Assembly (NCBI GenBank): GCA_028023455.1
Contig: JAQFVV010000003.1
Span: forward strand, 23,746,001 to 23,810,000
Origin: Epiperipatus broadwayi
Lineage: Eukaryota > Animalia > Onychophora
Length of the DNA: 64,000 nt
Direction of reading: 5' to 3'
The notes beneath the pieces are model-generated. The model saw only the letters and a program-made list of their open reading frames with translations. It ran no database searches and had not been told where the DNA came from. Below, in pieces: positions 38,085 to 52,430 of this stretch (position 1 is the stretch's first letter; each line of letters opens with the position of its first letter). The position numbers and the translations under genes are program-made.

Positions 38085-41051
38085 TTAAATAATAAGTGTA
38101 TATACACATATATGAAAGTTATAATTAAAAAAATCTTGATGTCTTCATGTATAATGCTTGATTATATATCTAATATATATTAACATTTACATACATTCAC
38201 ACAGAAAAAAGAATAACAAAACGAAACATTTTGTATTAGAGTAATATATTTCTTGTGAATAATCTACATAGATGTTTTTTTTAAATTAATAAAATACTAA
38301 ATTTTTTCAAACTAAATTAGACAACGTATGCACAAGCAATATTTATAGATTACAATTGTTTTAAGCTTATATATACCATTAAGAGAAATTAAAAATCAAC
38401 TGAAAATAATATTTGATAAAAGTTATTTTATGAAAAAAATCTAGTTATTCTTAAAGAAATGAAAAATGAGTTACGAGCTTAACATCAATAAGGGTAAGGT
38501 ATTTCCTCCAACCTAGGTGAAGGCCAAGATTGCATTACAATTGTAAATTTTTGTTGTTTTTACAATCAGTGAGTCAACATTCATTTCACTGATTAATCTT
38601 GACTTTCATAGTAACCTGAAAAATTTTCTACACTAAATTAACCTAGAAACATGTTGGGACATAGCAGGTAAATGTGCTAACCATTGTATCACAAAATCTT
38701 TTATAAAGAAACTGGTCAAATGCTTTATTAAATATAATGTGTGCTATTGATGAAACATGGCATTTTATCAGGTCTTTTAAAAAATAAATTTATTGGTATA
38801 AATATAACAAAAGAAACAGTACTAACACTTTACATATAGAACTTTACTAATAGAAATATATTTTATTTCAAATTTTCAAAAATGACTATCAGTTTTGATT
38901 GCCCAACAGTCTTCTTCAGAACTCTAATATACACAATATATATATATAAGTATTTTAGAACAACAAAATTAGATGTGAATTATAAAAAATGTATAGGATT
39001 CAGTGAATTATAATGCATCTTTCAATAAAAAAAAAAGGCAAAATAATTGATTACAATTTGAAATATATTGATTGCTAAATAGAAAAATGTATACATACAT
39101 TTATATGCAACCGCTTGGAAATAAATTAAACATTAAACATACACTATTGGTCATTTACTTGCACTTATCAATAACACATGTCTGAATTTTGGTTTCTTTT
39201 CATATGATTACAGATATAGATTGCTAATATATTTATATACATTCATAATAAAAAATTAATATTGGACAGTTTTTTTCCTCACTTCATTAATCATTTAAAG
39301 TGTAATGATTGTTTATTTTCATTTTTTTACATGGAATTGTTTTGTATATAATTTATTAAAACTCACTGTTTATTTATACATGGTATGAGGATTTTAAGTA
39401 TATCTTAAAATAAAATTATATTTGAAAAAAGAGAGATGAAGTTGAGTTATTCCATGTGTTTAGATATAATTAATCTTTAACTGAAGTCTAATTAATATTT
39501 ATATCTGGGCTAGATATAATCATTAGTTTAATAAATGATTAATAATAATCATTAATTAATTCATCTGAAGTGGTGCTAGGGTCAAAGTTTTTGAGAGCAG
39601 AAACCATTTTAAAATAAAAATGTAATATGTATGTGTAATATGTGGTTATTCTACTGTATTCTTGTGAAGATAAAATGAACTTTAAGTTTGAAGCTTTCAA
39701 CCAATATAGTATCTATCCATCTGTTTCCTCACTTGTCCTGAGAGGATATTGTTAGAATGATGGATTAAAGGCTAAGTGTTTTTAAATTGAAACTCAAGTT
39801 ATTATTTCTGGTGTGCAAGCAACTTGTGACTTTCTGGGTAATTAATTGTTCCATTATTTTATTTCTCATTACATGATTTGTATCTGTCACATCCCACATG
39901 CTTTCCAGAAGCAGATTATTTCAGTCTATTTCATTGATGCCATGTGTTTATATGCTTGTATAATCAGTAAATGTTAGATTCTAATATTTATAAGTTTAAC
40001 CTTCATTGCTAGTCCATCTACATTCACAGTATAATTTCTGGTTTATAATCTTGTTAGGGAGGAACTTCAATCTGGATCTAATGCATCTGAATTCAATGAC
40101 TATGAAGTGAGATATCATTCAAACTAATAATAAATAAGTCATGGAAATTAATAAAAATAATCTCAACTTTATTTTCCTTAACAAATAAACAAAATACTTT
40201 ATAGAAAAAATTGTACAATGTTGAGCCTTAATTTTAATTATAGATAAGTAAATATTTCTTCATTATGATCAAATGCTCTGTATTGTAGTTCTAGGAAATA
40301 AAAATTGTATGATCAATAGAAAGAACTAATCTCTATTCTAGTGCATTTTCTGTTAAGCTTGAGAAATCAGTGATTACTAGAAGGTAATATATTTAAATTC
40401 CCTGATTAGTTTCCAGTTTTTGTATTTATCAATAAGGTTTGGGATTCAAAACTAGAAGTAATTCATTTACATATTTAGCAATCACCTTTAATTATATTTT
40501 ACTGTTCAAGATAAAAGCTTGAAATACAAAACAATCTTAAGGCTTTGAAACCAAGTCAACATGTTTGAACAGTTGTATAAATTTGATTCCAAATGAGTAA
40601 TTATATATTTTAATATCTCATTTATTAATATTAATTAACTGTAAGATCCTTTTCTCCATCTAAGAATATTAATTTCAACAACAGCTGGTTGTCATATCCT
40701 CAAAATCTTAGGATATTTTGAATTTTAGTTTTTAGCTAATAAAGTGAAATGAAGTTTAAGATAGCATCTAGATACTTTATTTTCAGTTTTGAATATCAAA
40801 CCTCATTGATAAAAATAAAAGCCAGAAAAGATCTGGGGATAGTGTTTTCAATGTGCTCTTATCTGGTAATCACTGATTATTCAATTTTACTATGGATGGC
40901 ATCAGAATAAAGAGCTGCTTTTATATTATCATATGTTTTGTAAGTTAAGGAATTGAATGATTTACTGTTATTATATCACAGCAAATGAAACTATACCCTG
41001 GAAAACAATTTTGATTTAGTTATTCACAAATCATTTCTGTGCTACCTTGTG

Positions 41052-41200
41052 TGGTTTGGTGTAGTTAATAGAGTGTCTAGCTTGAAATTGGAAGGTCCCA
41101 GGATTGATTCTGGGACTAACAGGTCTGGCACTGGGACTTCTTATGAACTCCTGAGCAATAAAACCATGTGACTTTTTCATTTATATCTGTGCTGCACAAA
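41052..41200 (+). mobile_element. tRNA-derived SINE (family E); related pieces at ~44160-44260 and ~46575-46680
   Basis: TGGTGTAGTT (A-box-like) and GGTCCCAGGATTGATTCTGGG (B-box-like). CTCCTGAGCAATAAAAC is shared with 44235; TTCTTATGA(A/G)CT is shared with 46655. Confidence 0.6.
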
Positions 41201-41351
41201 TTCCAATAACAAAAAATAAACACATTAAAAACTTTTTCAATAATGGTATTTAAATGATGAATAAAATCAGATTTATTTAGCAAACCATTGGTAATTTTGT
41301 TATTAACTGATCGCTTATGTGTGACAAGACATGATTACTATAACATTTAAT

Positions 41352-41540
41352 ATATATTAAGGCTACAATCTTAAGACAATGCGCCTAAATGCGATAGTCG
41401 GGACCTCTACAAATCTTAACACGAGATTAACGGTTTGAAGATTTGTAGAGGTCCCTACTGTCGCATTTAGGCCCATAGTCTTAAAGTTATAGCCTTAATA
41501 TATCTTACTTACGTAATGATGCGCTTTATAAATTATTAAT
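41352..41540. mobile_element. TATA-hairpin family element 4 (short, 3' end only): inverted pair, 37-nt tail, 13-bp TSD
   Basis: TATAACATTTAAT at 41339-41351 and 41541-41553. Homologous to the 3' part of the 62393-63313 unit (AAGA..TGTAGAGGTCCCTAC...GCCTTA...TGCG.TTT.ATAAA). Confidence 0.85.
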
Positions 41541-42290
41541 TATAACATTTAATTTAATCCAAGACATATTTGGTTAAACATCAATAAAAAACATTTAATA
41601 ATACATTCATCGTTATTCCCTTAAGAATTAAGAGACTGTCTGTAGATAATCATCCATCCTCCCTTTTTGAAATCAAGAAATATAAATATTTTTTGTACTT
41701 CCACTATTATTCTTATATCTATTATTAGTTCAAATAAGAATTAGTTTGTTTTAGAAGCAATTTTTTATTTATTTCTCTTTTTCTCTCTTATTATAAAAAA
41801 AATTCCATAACTATTCTTATATTCTACAATATTTCACCTGCACATAAACAAAACATTATTTCATATACCGTATACCCTAAATTATTTAATGCTTTATTAA
41901 TTGAATGACTATAACATAACTCAACTACTGTCAGAATTTACTTTTGTAATCACTCATTGTTCATATTTTTTAGTTTACTGTCCTCTCTTTTTCTGAAGTT
42001 CCTGTCTGCTACACTTTGGAGATTTTTTCTTTAAAGGGGCGGGGGGGGGGGGGACTGCAAATAAACCCAATTAAAAAATTTATAATAAATATTTTTTTTT
42101 TTTTTTTACCTATTTTTAGGTTTTGTTCTTTCCACTTCTAATTAAACATAATTATGATTAATTAAACCAGCTTGTTCATTTCGTATCAAAATTCTATAAA
42201 ATCAGATTTCTGTATCCAGCATAAACAAACAAACAAACAAACAAAAAAAAAACTACAAACAGTAAAATAAAAACAGAGACACTACCTCAC

Positions 42291-42326
42291 CCATTGTCCC
42301 AAAATCTGTTTCTTCAACTATGTCAT
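42291..42326 (-). CDS. Candidate 36-nt internal exon of an unidentified gene
   Basis: Minus strand: CTTTATTTATTTATTTTTTAG | ATGACATAGTTGAAGAAACAGATTTTGGGACAATGG | GTGAGG, open as (D)DIVEETDFGTMG. No linked exons established. Confidence 0.3.
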
Positions 42327-44607
42327 CTAAAAAATAAATAAATAAAGAAACTAAAAAACAAAAATATTAAAATTTGTAAATTATTTAGAAAAATTGTAAA
42401 TTTTATTTTTATATATTCATTATTTTCCATTGTGGGCTTGCAATAACTCTTCCTTATTTTTGTTACTCTTACTTACATTCATTTTAGCGTGGCAATCTAA
42501 ATTATATTAAGTTTCTTCACTTTCTATTAAATTTTTAAAAGGCTTTAAGTCTTTTTTGATAAATTATCTTCCCCAGAGTGGTCCTTTTGTGTTAAATTTG
42601 CCAGTCATGATATTATGCGAATGGCATTTGAATATCTTTATATCCACATTTATTTTGCACTTTTGTGGTAAATATTATATATTTTAGTTTTCACTGTTAC
42701 TAATGGATGAGTTATCAGTTCAAAGAGTAAATTGCAGAAGCTTGTAGTGAAAAAAATAGCTGATTAGTTGAAAGGTTTTTGGTTCCAAAACTTTTCTTTG
42801 TAGATGAATTTGTTGTGTTTGCTATTCTGTCAGCAGAACAATGTAGTATACTTAAATGTCATATTAACTAATAAATACAATTAAAACAATTCTTAATAAA
42901 TGCAAGATTTCACTAGCATTAGGAATAACATTCAGTTCTCTTTATTCTTCTCCAGATTTACCTATTGTAATCCTGAATAATTAATGTCACTAGATCTTCG
43001 ATATGTAATAATGACACTGATGGTTAGAACTACACTAAAACTTATTACATTGCACTCTTTTTTATACTATTCAAACTAATGATCTGAGATTCAATCAGCC
43101 TAAGATTTTGAACCCTAGCTAAATTATTTGATAGCTCTATAGATTTGACCATAGACTAACATCTATATATATATATTAGTTACTTCTGTGTGTATGCAGG
43201 TTTAAACATTATTGCCTCTTTGGCAGAGAGTTGTATAAAATAAACCAATAGCACATAATTTTACCAATTTAATTTCAAAACCTACCATAGATCAATTAGA
43301 AGTATTATTTCCTCCTCCCCTAAATCAATCTATTGATAAGCAGGTATAAGTAATAATGGAAATATCTACACTATACTAGTTTTGATTATCGATCTTCATC
43401 AATATAAAGCACTGGATTGCACCCATACAACCAGCAGCTAGCAATTTTTACTTCCCCTTTTCGCTTAAGCCAATATCTGAGATCTACTTCTAACGAAAGT
43501 GGTGAAAATATTCTGTGAAAGTATTGTGATAATCGTTTCGTATATAACTTCACCGTCAATCTAGATAAAATGAATGAATTAAAAGCCTTGCTATCAAACC
43601 ATGCAATAAATTTAATAGCTATACAAAGAACTAAATAATCATAACAAAAAATCATTAGGATAAGTCATGCTTGACTCGTAGAATCACATGAGGTCTGTAT
43701 TTGTCACACTTCTAGTAATACAATCTTCTTTATAAATTTAGGATCAAAAAATGCATTTTATTTTATATATATATATAATAACTGAATATATGCCTTTTAA
43801 ACTCTTCTATAAAAAAGTCCAAGATAATAAATCTATTATCTTCAAATTAGATCAGATTTCTAAAACAGTGGCTAATATTACTCGTTTTTTATCTATCTAA
43901 TTTTATCTGTATATAATTAGAAATTTGTTTATCTTAACTACTACCTATCTATATATATAGACACACTTACGATATATAAATACACATGCACAAAGAGCTA
44001 GCTTATATATACACACCTTCATAAAATATATGCAGACTCATATGATCTATTTATGTAACGTATGTACACACATATCCTAAGAATTTTTATTTTTATAATG
44101 CTATTCTAAATATCACAGCACAATGTAGTCTAATCTTGAATGCAAGACTAAATTGTATTAACTGCATGGTTTATCAGACTTTGGCACTTAAGGCCCTCAG
44201 ATCAATTCCACTTCTTCCACTCACAGACTCAAACTCCTGAGCAATAAAACTATTTGATCATTATTTACTTACTTCAGACAATTGTACTTTACAACTATCT
44301 TTTTTAAAAAGAACATCCAAATAATTAATCTAAGATTTTTATTTTACTCAGGTATGTGTATTCAATTAGACTTACCTTATATATATATATATTACATAAC
44401 CACATTTTTCTTCTTATTGTAGAAGAGTAAAAATAGAAATGAATCAACAAAATTTTAAATAGAAATAGAAATTTGGTATACTATTTTCATATCAGTGTTT
44501 AAATCATATAATAAAACTTCAAGTTGTTTTGGTATATTAATCTATCTATCCTTGAGATAATGGCTATAATATATCTTATTTTTTACTTATTTGGGCATGC
44601 TATAAAT

Positions 44608-45265
44608 CAGGGATGAGAAACTTTTTCTGCCAAGGGCCATTTGGATATTTATAATATCATTCATAGGCCATATAAAATTATCAACACTTAAATATTAGCC
44701 TACAATATTTGATTAAAAACTTAATTAATTCATTTCCCTTTTAAACAAGGGCCATAATTTTTTTGTGAATTAAAAATAAAGTAACAGCAGAATTATTAAT
44801 GACTATTTCAATTCACCTTGAAACTATCTCCTTGATATACTTATATTTTTAATTTTCTTTTTATGTTCTCTACAACAGCTTACAAGACCATCTTTTATAA
44901 GCTCCTCTTCAAAAAATAGTTTTGAATTTTTTTAAAAAAATAACTTGCTTGCACAGAATTTTCTGATTTGGTTGTATTTTTTATAAAACATGGCAGCTAC
45001 TTGATAAAGCTTCTTTTCAAGTTTTTTATTTTAATATTTCACACAATAGTTTTGTGGTAGTCAAAATGTTTTGATAAAGTTTTATTTAATGATGTGTTCC
45101 TTATTAACTGAAATACTTTCCAGACATATCAAGCACATTGATATACTATTTCTTTATATATATTGGTCCATTTCTTTTAAAATGCATGATTCAATTTGTC
45201 TTATTTTAGTCTGTGTAGCCATCCTAATAAAAAAAATTAAATGCAAAATAATAATAAAGTAAAAT
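44608..45265 (-). mobile_element. Internally deleted hAT transposon of the SPIN/OC1 (Charlie/Buster-related) type
   Basis: Terminus CAGGGATGAGAAACTTTTTCTGCCAAGGGCCATTTGGATATTTATAA at 44608. Minus-strand transposase N-terminal remnants CLICLESISVNKE (~45097-45137) and EEELIKDGL. Confidence 0.75.
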
Positions 45266-46926
45266 TCAAGTTTTATTTTTCCTAGTTATACATTCATCAG
45301 TGAAAATCATTATAAAAACAAACAAAATGTTCTCAGCATTGTTGATTAAATCAAATTCAGATAGACTATTGTATCTCTGATAGAGTGTGAAGTAGTTGAA
45401 AAAATAAATATTTATTTTACTAAACCTTTAATTCAATATTTGCCCTACATGTATATTTAAGTAGAAGTTTTATATAGGAACATTTTAATATTCACATAAA
45501 TGTTTTGAACACTTATACAGAAAATCTAATCTATATATTTTAAATTTAGTTTTTATTTCCTTAGCATACTTTTAATATATAACACATTATAATCATAGTA
45601 CTTTCATCTCATTATTGTTCAGAATCTGTATGAATACTTGATAAATATTTTAATATTTAAAATCATTTAAATTTATTTGTTTAATATTCAAAGATATTTA
45701 AATCCCTTCAAAAAGCCCATTTCTTTGTATGGGGGATGCTTGTGTCTTTTATTTATAGACTCTGAACAATAAAGAAGTGAATGATATGATATATTGTATA
45801 TCGAAAGTATGCTAAGGATGAATAAAAGCTAAATTTTAAAAAAGTATAGACTACTGTTTTTTGTATAAATGTCAAGAACATTTGTATAATTACTCACAAA
45901 AGAGAAAAAAATCTTTGCTATTGAGGACCATTTTATATACATTTTCGAAAATATCTGGTACTAGACAGAACTTTCAAGGGTTAGATATGACATATGACCA
46001 AAGGTTCCCCATCCTTGATATAAATCAAAAGATTTTTAAAAAACAACAACAATACAATTAGATAAGTTGGACTTTTGTAGTTTAGAATTAATAGATCTTG
46101 AATGCAGATCATTTTATAATTATAAAAGAAGAGAATTTTTAATCTAGAAGACATATCATGTGAACATTATTCAAAAAACATTTGTAATGAAAAGGACAAA
46201 ATTTTAGACATTACTTATATTTCTATACTCCCCTCTCTCAAAATCTTATTTTTGATTTTACTGAAATTTAATATCAGTGGATAGAAGAGGAAAACAGATG
46301 ATAAAGAATGGAAACATTTTAAAGGACTTTTAAGAAGTATGTTATTAGAAAATATGTAATGAATAAAAGAAATGAAAAAATAAATAAATAAATGGACAAA
46401 TGTTTATAAGAGTGAATTTTTGTACAATACCAAAGATAAAAAGTCCTAAAGAAGGCCCAAATATTAATGTTGATTATATGCTTATATGGGTTAAAATGAA
46501 TATTTTCATAGTAAAAGTAATTATTACTATTTTAAAATTTATTTGGTTGTGTGTTTGTTAGCATACCTCATTATTTAGCATAGTAGTAGGATAAAGCACC
46601 CTGGAGCTCAGAGTTTTATGAATCATAGCTTCTGATCACTTTCAATGCATGAATTTCTTATGAGCTTCTTAGTAATAAATTATTCAGTTATTAATACTAT
46701 TTGTTGCTGTTAGTATTATTTCATTCAAGTTTCAAAGAATCTTATCTATCATCACTTGTGAAGCATAACAAAATGGTTGTTACCAGAGATGCTGTTAATT
46801 AAAAATATACTTCAGCAAGACCTGTCACACTATTCAGCTGTTGATTATTTTATTGAATAAAAAATTTTAGAAGTTAAATTTAGAAAAGAATATTGGTGGA
46901 TTTTTATTTGCATGATTTTTCCTGAT

Positions 46927-46958
<32 letters not shown>

Positions 46959-48619
46959 AAGCTTATAGATCTAAAATCAAATTAATTATTTATTATCACC
47001 TCTTTTAGACTAACTCTAAAATTTTCTACTGGATGAAATATCATCATTCAAATTAGATGGCAAATGATCTGCAGTCTATATTCTGTTACTAACATTTTTA
47101 GAAGTAGATCATAGCAGGTGAAATTCTGCTAAAATATAGGTGCTGTAGTATTAACATGCAATCACACATACATATGAACACATACATATTAACATAATTT
47201 ATATATAAAAAATAAAACAAGTTTAAATAGTCAGATAATGGAACATTGAGAAGGAAATCAGTATTGACCAGGATTCCATTTTCCACATGTATGATTTTGA
47301 ATAGTTTTATTTTCTTTTTTAGTCTTAGCCATGAATAGCTGGATATTTGTTTACTGAACAATGTTAAATGATTGGCTAAGTTGGATGTGAGCTAGCTACC
47401 TTAAAAAATATTCCAAGCCTATTGAGAAAGAAAATTTTAATCAGCACAGATTCAAGTTCAGGTCACAATTTATAAATCCATACAGATAAGTAATCATGTG
47501 ACTAAAGTTGCATGCACATATATTTTTGTATTGGTAGGTGTTAGTGATATGGAGGAATTGAAATAAGAAAGATATTGATAAAACCCCAAAAATTGTAAAA
47601 CACATTACAATGTAATTGTTGCTCTCTCTCTCTCCAACAAGGTGTTAAAATTGCATAGAAAGCAATTTCTATCTTGCCTGATATGATGAAACATGGGTGT
47701 GGAGATTTAAGGTTATTATTATTATCTCTAATTCACTTGGAAAGTGAAGGTTGTTTGTGGAATGAATTTGAAAGTGGTCTGAGTTTCTGCATTAGTGAAT
47801 GAATTGAGATGATAGAGGCATTGATAAACCAAAAAATTGAATATATATTAATGCTGAATTATAGACCATGTTCTTTGATTTGTGCTTCTTCCATTTTTCA
47901 GATGAGGCAATGAGTCAGTTTTAGAGATATGATTTTGTAACACTTGTGCTGCATATTCTAAAGATAATAATTAAATGAGATCAAGATTTAGTTTCTACAA
48001 TTTTTCAGTACTGATAAATCCATAGTTTTTTAATTTCTATAAACCACTATCTGACATTTTGTAAACTGAACACTTAAAAAATCACTGCATAATTTTGATT
48101 GAGGTTCAATTTAGAACTGAATAATAAAGTGAATTATTACTTTTAAAGCAAGACCTCTTAAAAAACAGGAAAGAATAAGAATTGTTTATTTTATGTGATT
48201 CCAGATTTTTTTAGAACTACCTTCATATGCATACAAATATATAACACAAATGTATATTTTGAAATTGTCTTACTAAAAAACAAAGTTATCTTATTCTGGA
48301 GAGAAATACCATTTGTATGGCTGCAATTTATATTGGCTTCACAATACCTAATAATAATATAATAAATATATATTGTTGTTTTTGTGAGCCTAGATGGAAT
48401 TCATAATAAATCTTAGAAGAGTATCTGGAAATATATATAAATAAAAGACTTATATGGATATTTGAGCCAAAGTTTCATGGCATACTAATGTATTTTTTAT
48501 TATATATTTTGTTAAATAAAGTTAATTTTATTTTCAAAATAAAACCTTCTACTGTTTGCTTCTAAATTTTATTAATTAAAATAATTGTGATTATTGAGAT
48601 TTAATAATGCAAACTTGAA

Positions 48620-48880
48620 TTTATGTAAGATTGGTTATCTTAATATATATCTGAGCACTTATTGCATATATGTGTACGAGATGGTAATCTGGACCAACAG
48701 ATGATTGCTAGTTTAGCATGAAATATATATATTGGTGATTATTTATCTTTTCGACAAATGTGTTCAAGTGTATCAGTAATATGAGATAAAGTGATGAGCA
48801 GTAGGTAGTGTGAAAGTCTGCGTTCATATACCCTATATATTACATATATTGATACAGGCATATAATAAGCCTGTATTTCA
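48620..48880 (+). mobile_element. Family A copy: hammerhead (48685-48741, CAGATGA) plus tRNA-like segment
   Basis: TAATC..CCAA-CAGATGA-TTGCTA gtt TAGCAT-GAAA-TATATAT-A-TTGG-TGATTA, then GATAAAGTG...CGTTCATATACC. Confidence 0.8.
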
Positions 48881-48897
48881 GTTATTAGTGTAAAAAT

Positions 48898-49420
48898 TAT
48901 GAGCCCCCCCCCCCATCCTTGAATTTTGTAATAAAAAATTGTATATTTATTTTTAGGTGTTACAAATTTAATCTACTTTAAAGTATTGTCCATCTAATCC
49001 TGAAACTTTTGCAAAGTGATGCCCGTTAATGCTTCCGTTGGTTTTTCTCCACCTCTTCCAAGTTTGCAATATGTTTTATTTTGAGGCATTTTTTTCATTC
49101 CAGGAAATAAAAGAAATCATATGGAGTGAGGTTGAGTGAATATAATGAATGGACAAACTGGATAATGCTGTTTTTGTTTAAAAATTGTTTTACCCTCAAA
49201 GCTTTGTAATCTGGCATGTTGTGCTGAAGCTACAACTATCCACTTTCCCACAAATAACATATTAATCAAATGCTTCAGAACTTGTAGATAAAATGTCAGA
49301 CCATTATAAACAAATTCTGAATGAACAATGCAATTTGCATAAAAAAAAACCTTCAGCATCATCTTGACATTGGACTACACTCATTGTACTTTTTGAGATA
49401 TGGTGAATTTGACTCTACTA
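48898..49420 (-). mobile_element. Decayed mariner transposon, 3' half
   Basis: ORF 49117-49362 KVFFYANCIVHSEFVYNGLTFYLQVLKHL resembles mariner VHHEFV...FYLEVL. MKKCLK..IANLEEV follows. TIR-like GAATTTTGTAATAAAAAA at ~48921. Confidence 0.75.
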
Positions 49421-50414
49421 TTAAATTACCCATAAACTTGTGCTTTCCCCAGATCAACTTGTTTGTAAGCTGTTTCAAACATTACAATTGTTTCTCTTAG
49501 TATTATCCCTTATAGAAAACAGAGTTTTATGTTCTAATTTTTTAGTCATAAGAAAAATCAATGAGTGAGCAAGACACATTTAACAAAACAATTTACTACA
49601 TGGGACTGCAGACTGTCACAAAAGGATCCCAACAAGACATATATAGCAACAAAAGCATGTACTACAATAGGGCTACCCACTGGAGAACAATTGAGGGTTT
49701 TTTGGGTGTCTCCCCATGTATTACAAATGAGTGTATTCTAATACATTCTAATAGCATATTAGGCAGCTAAGATATAATATGCCATATAAACACCAAATTT
49801 TGAATTGTTAAATTGACAATACAGGGCTCATACATCACCTTTGCCAAACCTCAACATCATTAAACAAAAATCAAAGTAGACTTGAATCTTATTTATATTT
49901 AAAAGATTTTATTTTAAAAACTATCATCAGCCTAGACAAAAAAAAAAAAAAAAGAAACAGATTGGAATATTAAGCATACTCATGAAATATTCATTAAGAG
50001 ATGCTTGAATAAGTCATATTAAGGAGGAGGCAAATAATGACAGGCATGATCTCTAGCTAAAATACAGCATTGATTAGTTATCTTAGCTCTTATTGTGCAA
50101 ATAACATTTGTATTAATGTTAATGGGGAGTCATCCAAATTGTTAACAGAATACATGCTAAACAATTCCACTCAATATTTTTTTCGTAATATCATCAGACA
50201 TTATGATGAAATTGGCCATTTCATATTTTGTACATTTTCACAAAGAGCACAATTTCACCTTACGCCTAAACTCTTTACAAAGACATATTAATAAATTGTT
50301 ATAAACTGCAATGTAACATTGTTTTTTTCCATAACTTAGTCACTGGAATAATTATTAAAGATACTTTTGAGAAGCAAGTACTTATTAATTTATTGTACAT
50401 ATAAGATATTGTCA

Positions 50415-52430
50415 TTTTCAACCACTATTGATCTACTGCAGGATGAAGCTCTCTCCAAATTCAATCCATCTTCCCTGATTTCTAGTCTCTTCTCCACATC
50501 ACCCCAAAACACTTCCTTATTTCATCTACCTACCTCACATGTGGTCTTTTCTTAGGTCTTTCACAATCTTTTGAATCCAGTTTAAAATGTCAACTGTCCA
50601 TCTATTATCCACTCTTCTTGGAATATGTTCAGACCAATTTCACTTTAGTACCATAATTCTTCTAATGATATCAGTAGCACATGTTTGTTCTCTCACCCAC
50701 ATATTTTCATTTTTAATGTCTTCTTGTTACACTCAATATTTCCTGACACTTTATTTATTAAATGGTCTGAAGTCTGTGTATTATGCTATTGTTAAGTGTC
50801 TAAGTCTGAGATGCATAAGTAAGAACTGGTAACACATTTATTGAAAATCTTTCTTTACAAAACATAGGCATATTTTGGTTTAATATTGTTATTTCTACCA
50901 AAAAGACTCCAAGTATAATTTCTATGATTAATTTCATCCATTATGTTCATATCTGTAGTAATAATCTGACCAAAATATTTGTAGTTGTTAATTTCTTTCA
51001 ACTTATAATTATCAATGTTTATTTTCTTATTTTGAAAAAATCCACTGAACATTACTTAGTCTTTTTAACATTTACATTTACTCCTACTTTCTTACCTCCA
51101 TCTGATAACTCTTGCAATATTTCCTGAAGCTCTAAAGCATTATTTGCAAAAACAACTACATCAACTGCAAAATCTAGATGATTTAAATAATCTCTGTTCA
51201 TTTTTAATCCTTTAGCTTTCCAATTTAATCCACAAAATACTTCTTGCAGCACTGCTATAAAAAGTTTTGGAGATATCGAGTCATTCTGTCTTATACCTTT
51301 TCAATATTAATCTTCCTAATATCATTAAGTAATCTAATTGTTGTTGTTGCATTTTTATAAATATTCTTCAGAATATGACAATATTCTGGATCTATACCTT
51401 GATGACCCAATGCTTTAATCACTAAAGAAATGCTTATAGAATCTAATGCTTTTTCATAATCTACAAATTCAAAGCATAAAGGCTTTTCTGTAACTTCTTT
51501 TAATATTTGGATATGATCAACTATACCAAAGCCACTTTTAAATCCAGCTTGGTTTGCTGTACATGAATTGTAATTATTTTGATAAAATTTTTGTATAGAA
51601 CTGGTAAAAAAACTTGATAGGACTGCAATTTCTAACATCTTTATTACTTTTTTAAAAATATTATTACTGCATTCTTCCAATCAACTGATACTTTTTTATC
51701 ATTAAAACATTTGGTATATAACTTTGCCAATTCTTTTTTATTTCTTCACCTGCTTCTGTTAAGATATTGATTATAATTTCATCATTACCTGGAGCTTTTC
51801 TTTATTTATAAATTTAATTTTATGTCTCACTTCATTTAAAATCCTGGGTAATTCAGATGTAGTTGTAGGAGATTTTTTTTGTTTTTTATTAAAATATAAT
51901 TTTTGAAAATAACATTTCTATTCATTTCATGATGTTATCTATCGTTTTAGTAATAGTGCCATCTTTTTTTCTTATTGCAGAAATGTTTCCTACCAATACA
52001 AAAATGTTGTTTTACATTTTTGAGGTTTTTATTTTCTTCTATAGCTTTTCTTGCTAGTTCATAATTATACTTTCTTATATCATTATCAACTCTTTTTCAC
52101 ACTATTTTACAAAATTTGAGATATTCAATCCTTTTTAATGCATCATTCTTTTCTTCATAAATTATCTTGTCTTAGTAGAAATTTACTGGACAATTGGGGT
52201 TTTTTTTGTACCAGCTATCTTTGTTACAATTTTTAAAAATGTATCAGTTATCTTTCTATTGCTTTAATTCACATCTGTATCATGTTCAAAATCTATTAAT
52301 TTTTGAAAATGATTTGCAAGTTCTAATTTAAATTCATTGGAATATTTCTAAAGATTATGAATATCAACTGTGAATATTGTCTATTTTAATAATTTTTGTC
52401 TCTCTAGTTTTACCTTATATATATCTCACT
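50415..52430 (-). mobile_element. Decayed RTE-clade LINE (RT domain and C-terminus)
   Basis: ORFs 51291-51680 (QAGFKSGF, FVDYEKALDSI), 51052-51252 (LNHLDFAVDVVVFA, cf. LRFADD; VNVKKTK) and 50855-51052 (YKYFGQII). GESFILQ terminus at ~50435. Confidence 0.92.

Noticed and set aside
38880-38925. Minus-strand CTGAAGAAGAC...ATCAAAACTGATAGTC
   Set aside because: GAAA is absent and stem I is weak; at most a decayed relic.
40064-40112. Plus-strand exon candidate EELQSGSNASEFNDYE (similar candidates at 11183-11252, 16469-16502 and ~42805)
   Set aside because: Plausible splice signals are common in AT-rich DNA. Phases did not chain into a gene and no protein was recognised.
43386-43655. 89-aa ORF in a small CpG-rich patch
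   Set aside because: No recognisable motif; it could be a young repeat fragment but cannot be supported.
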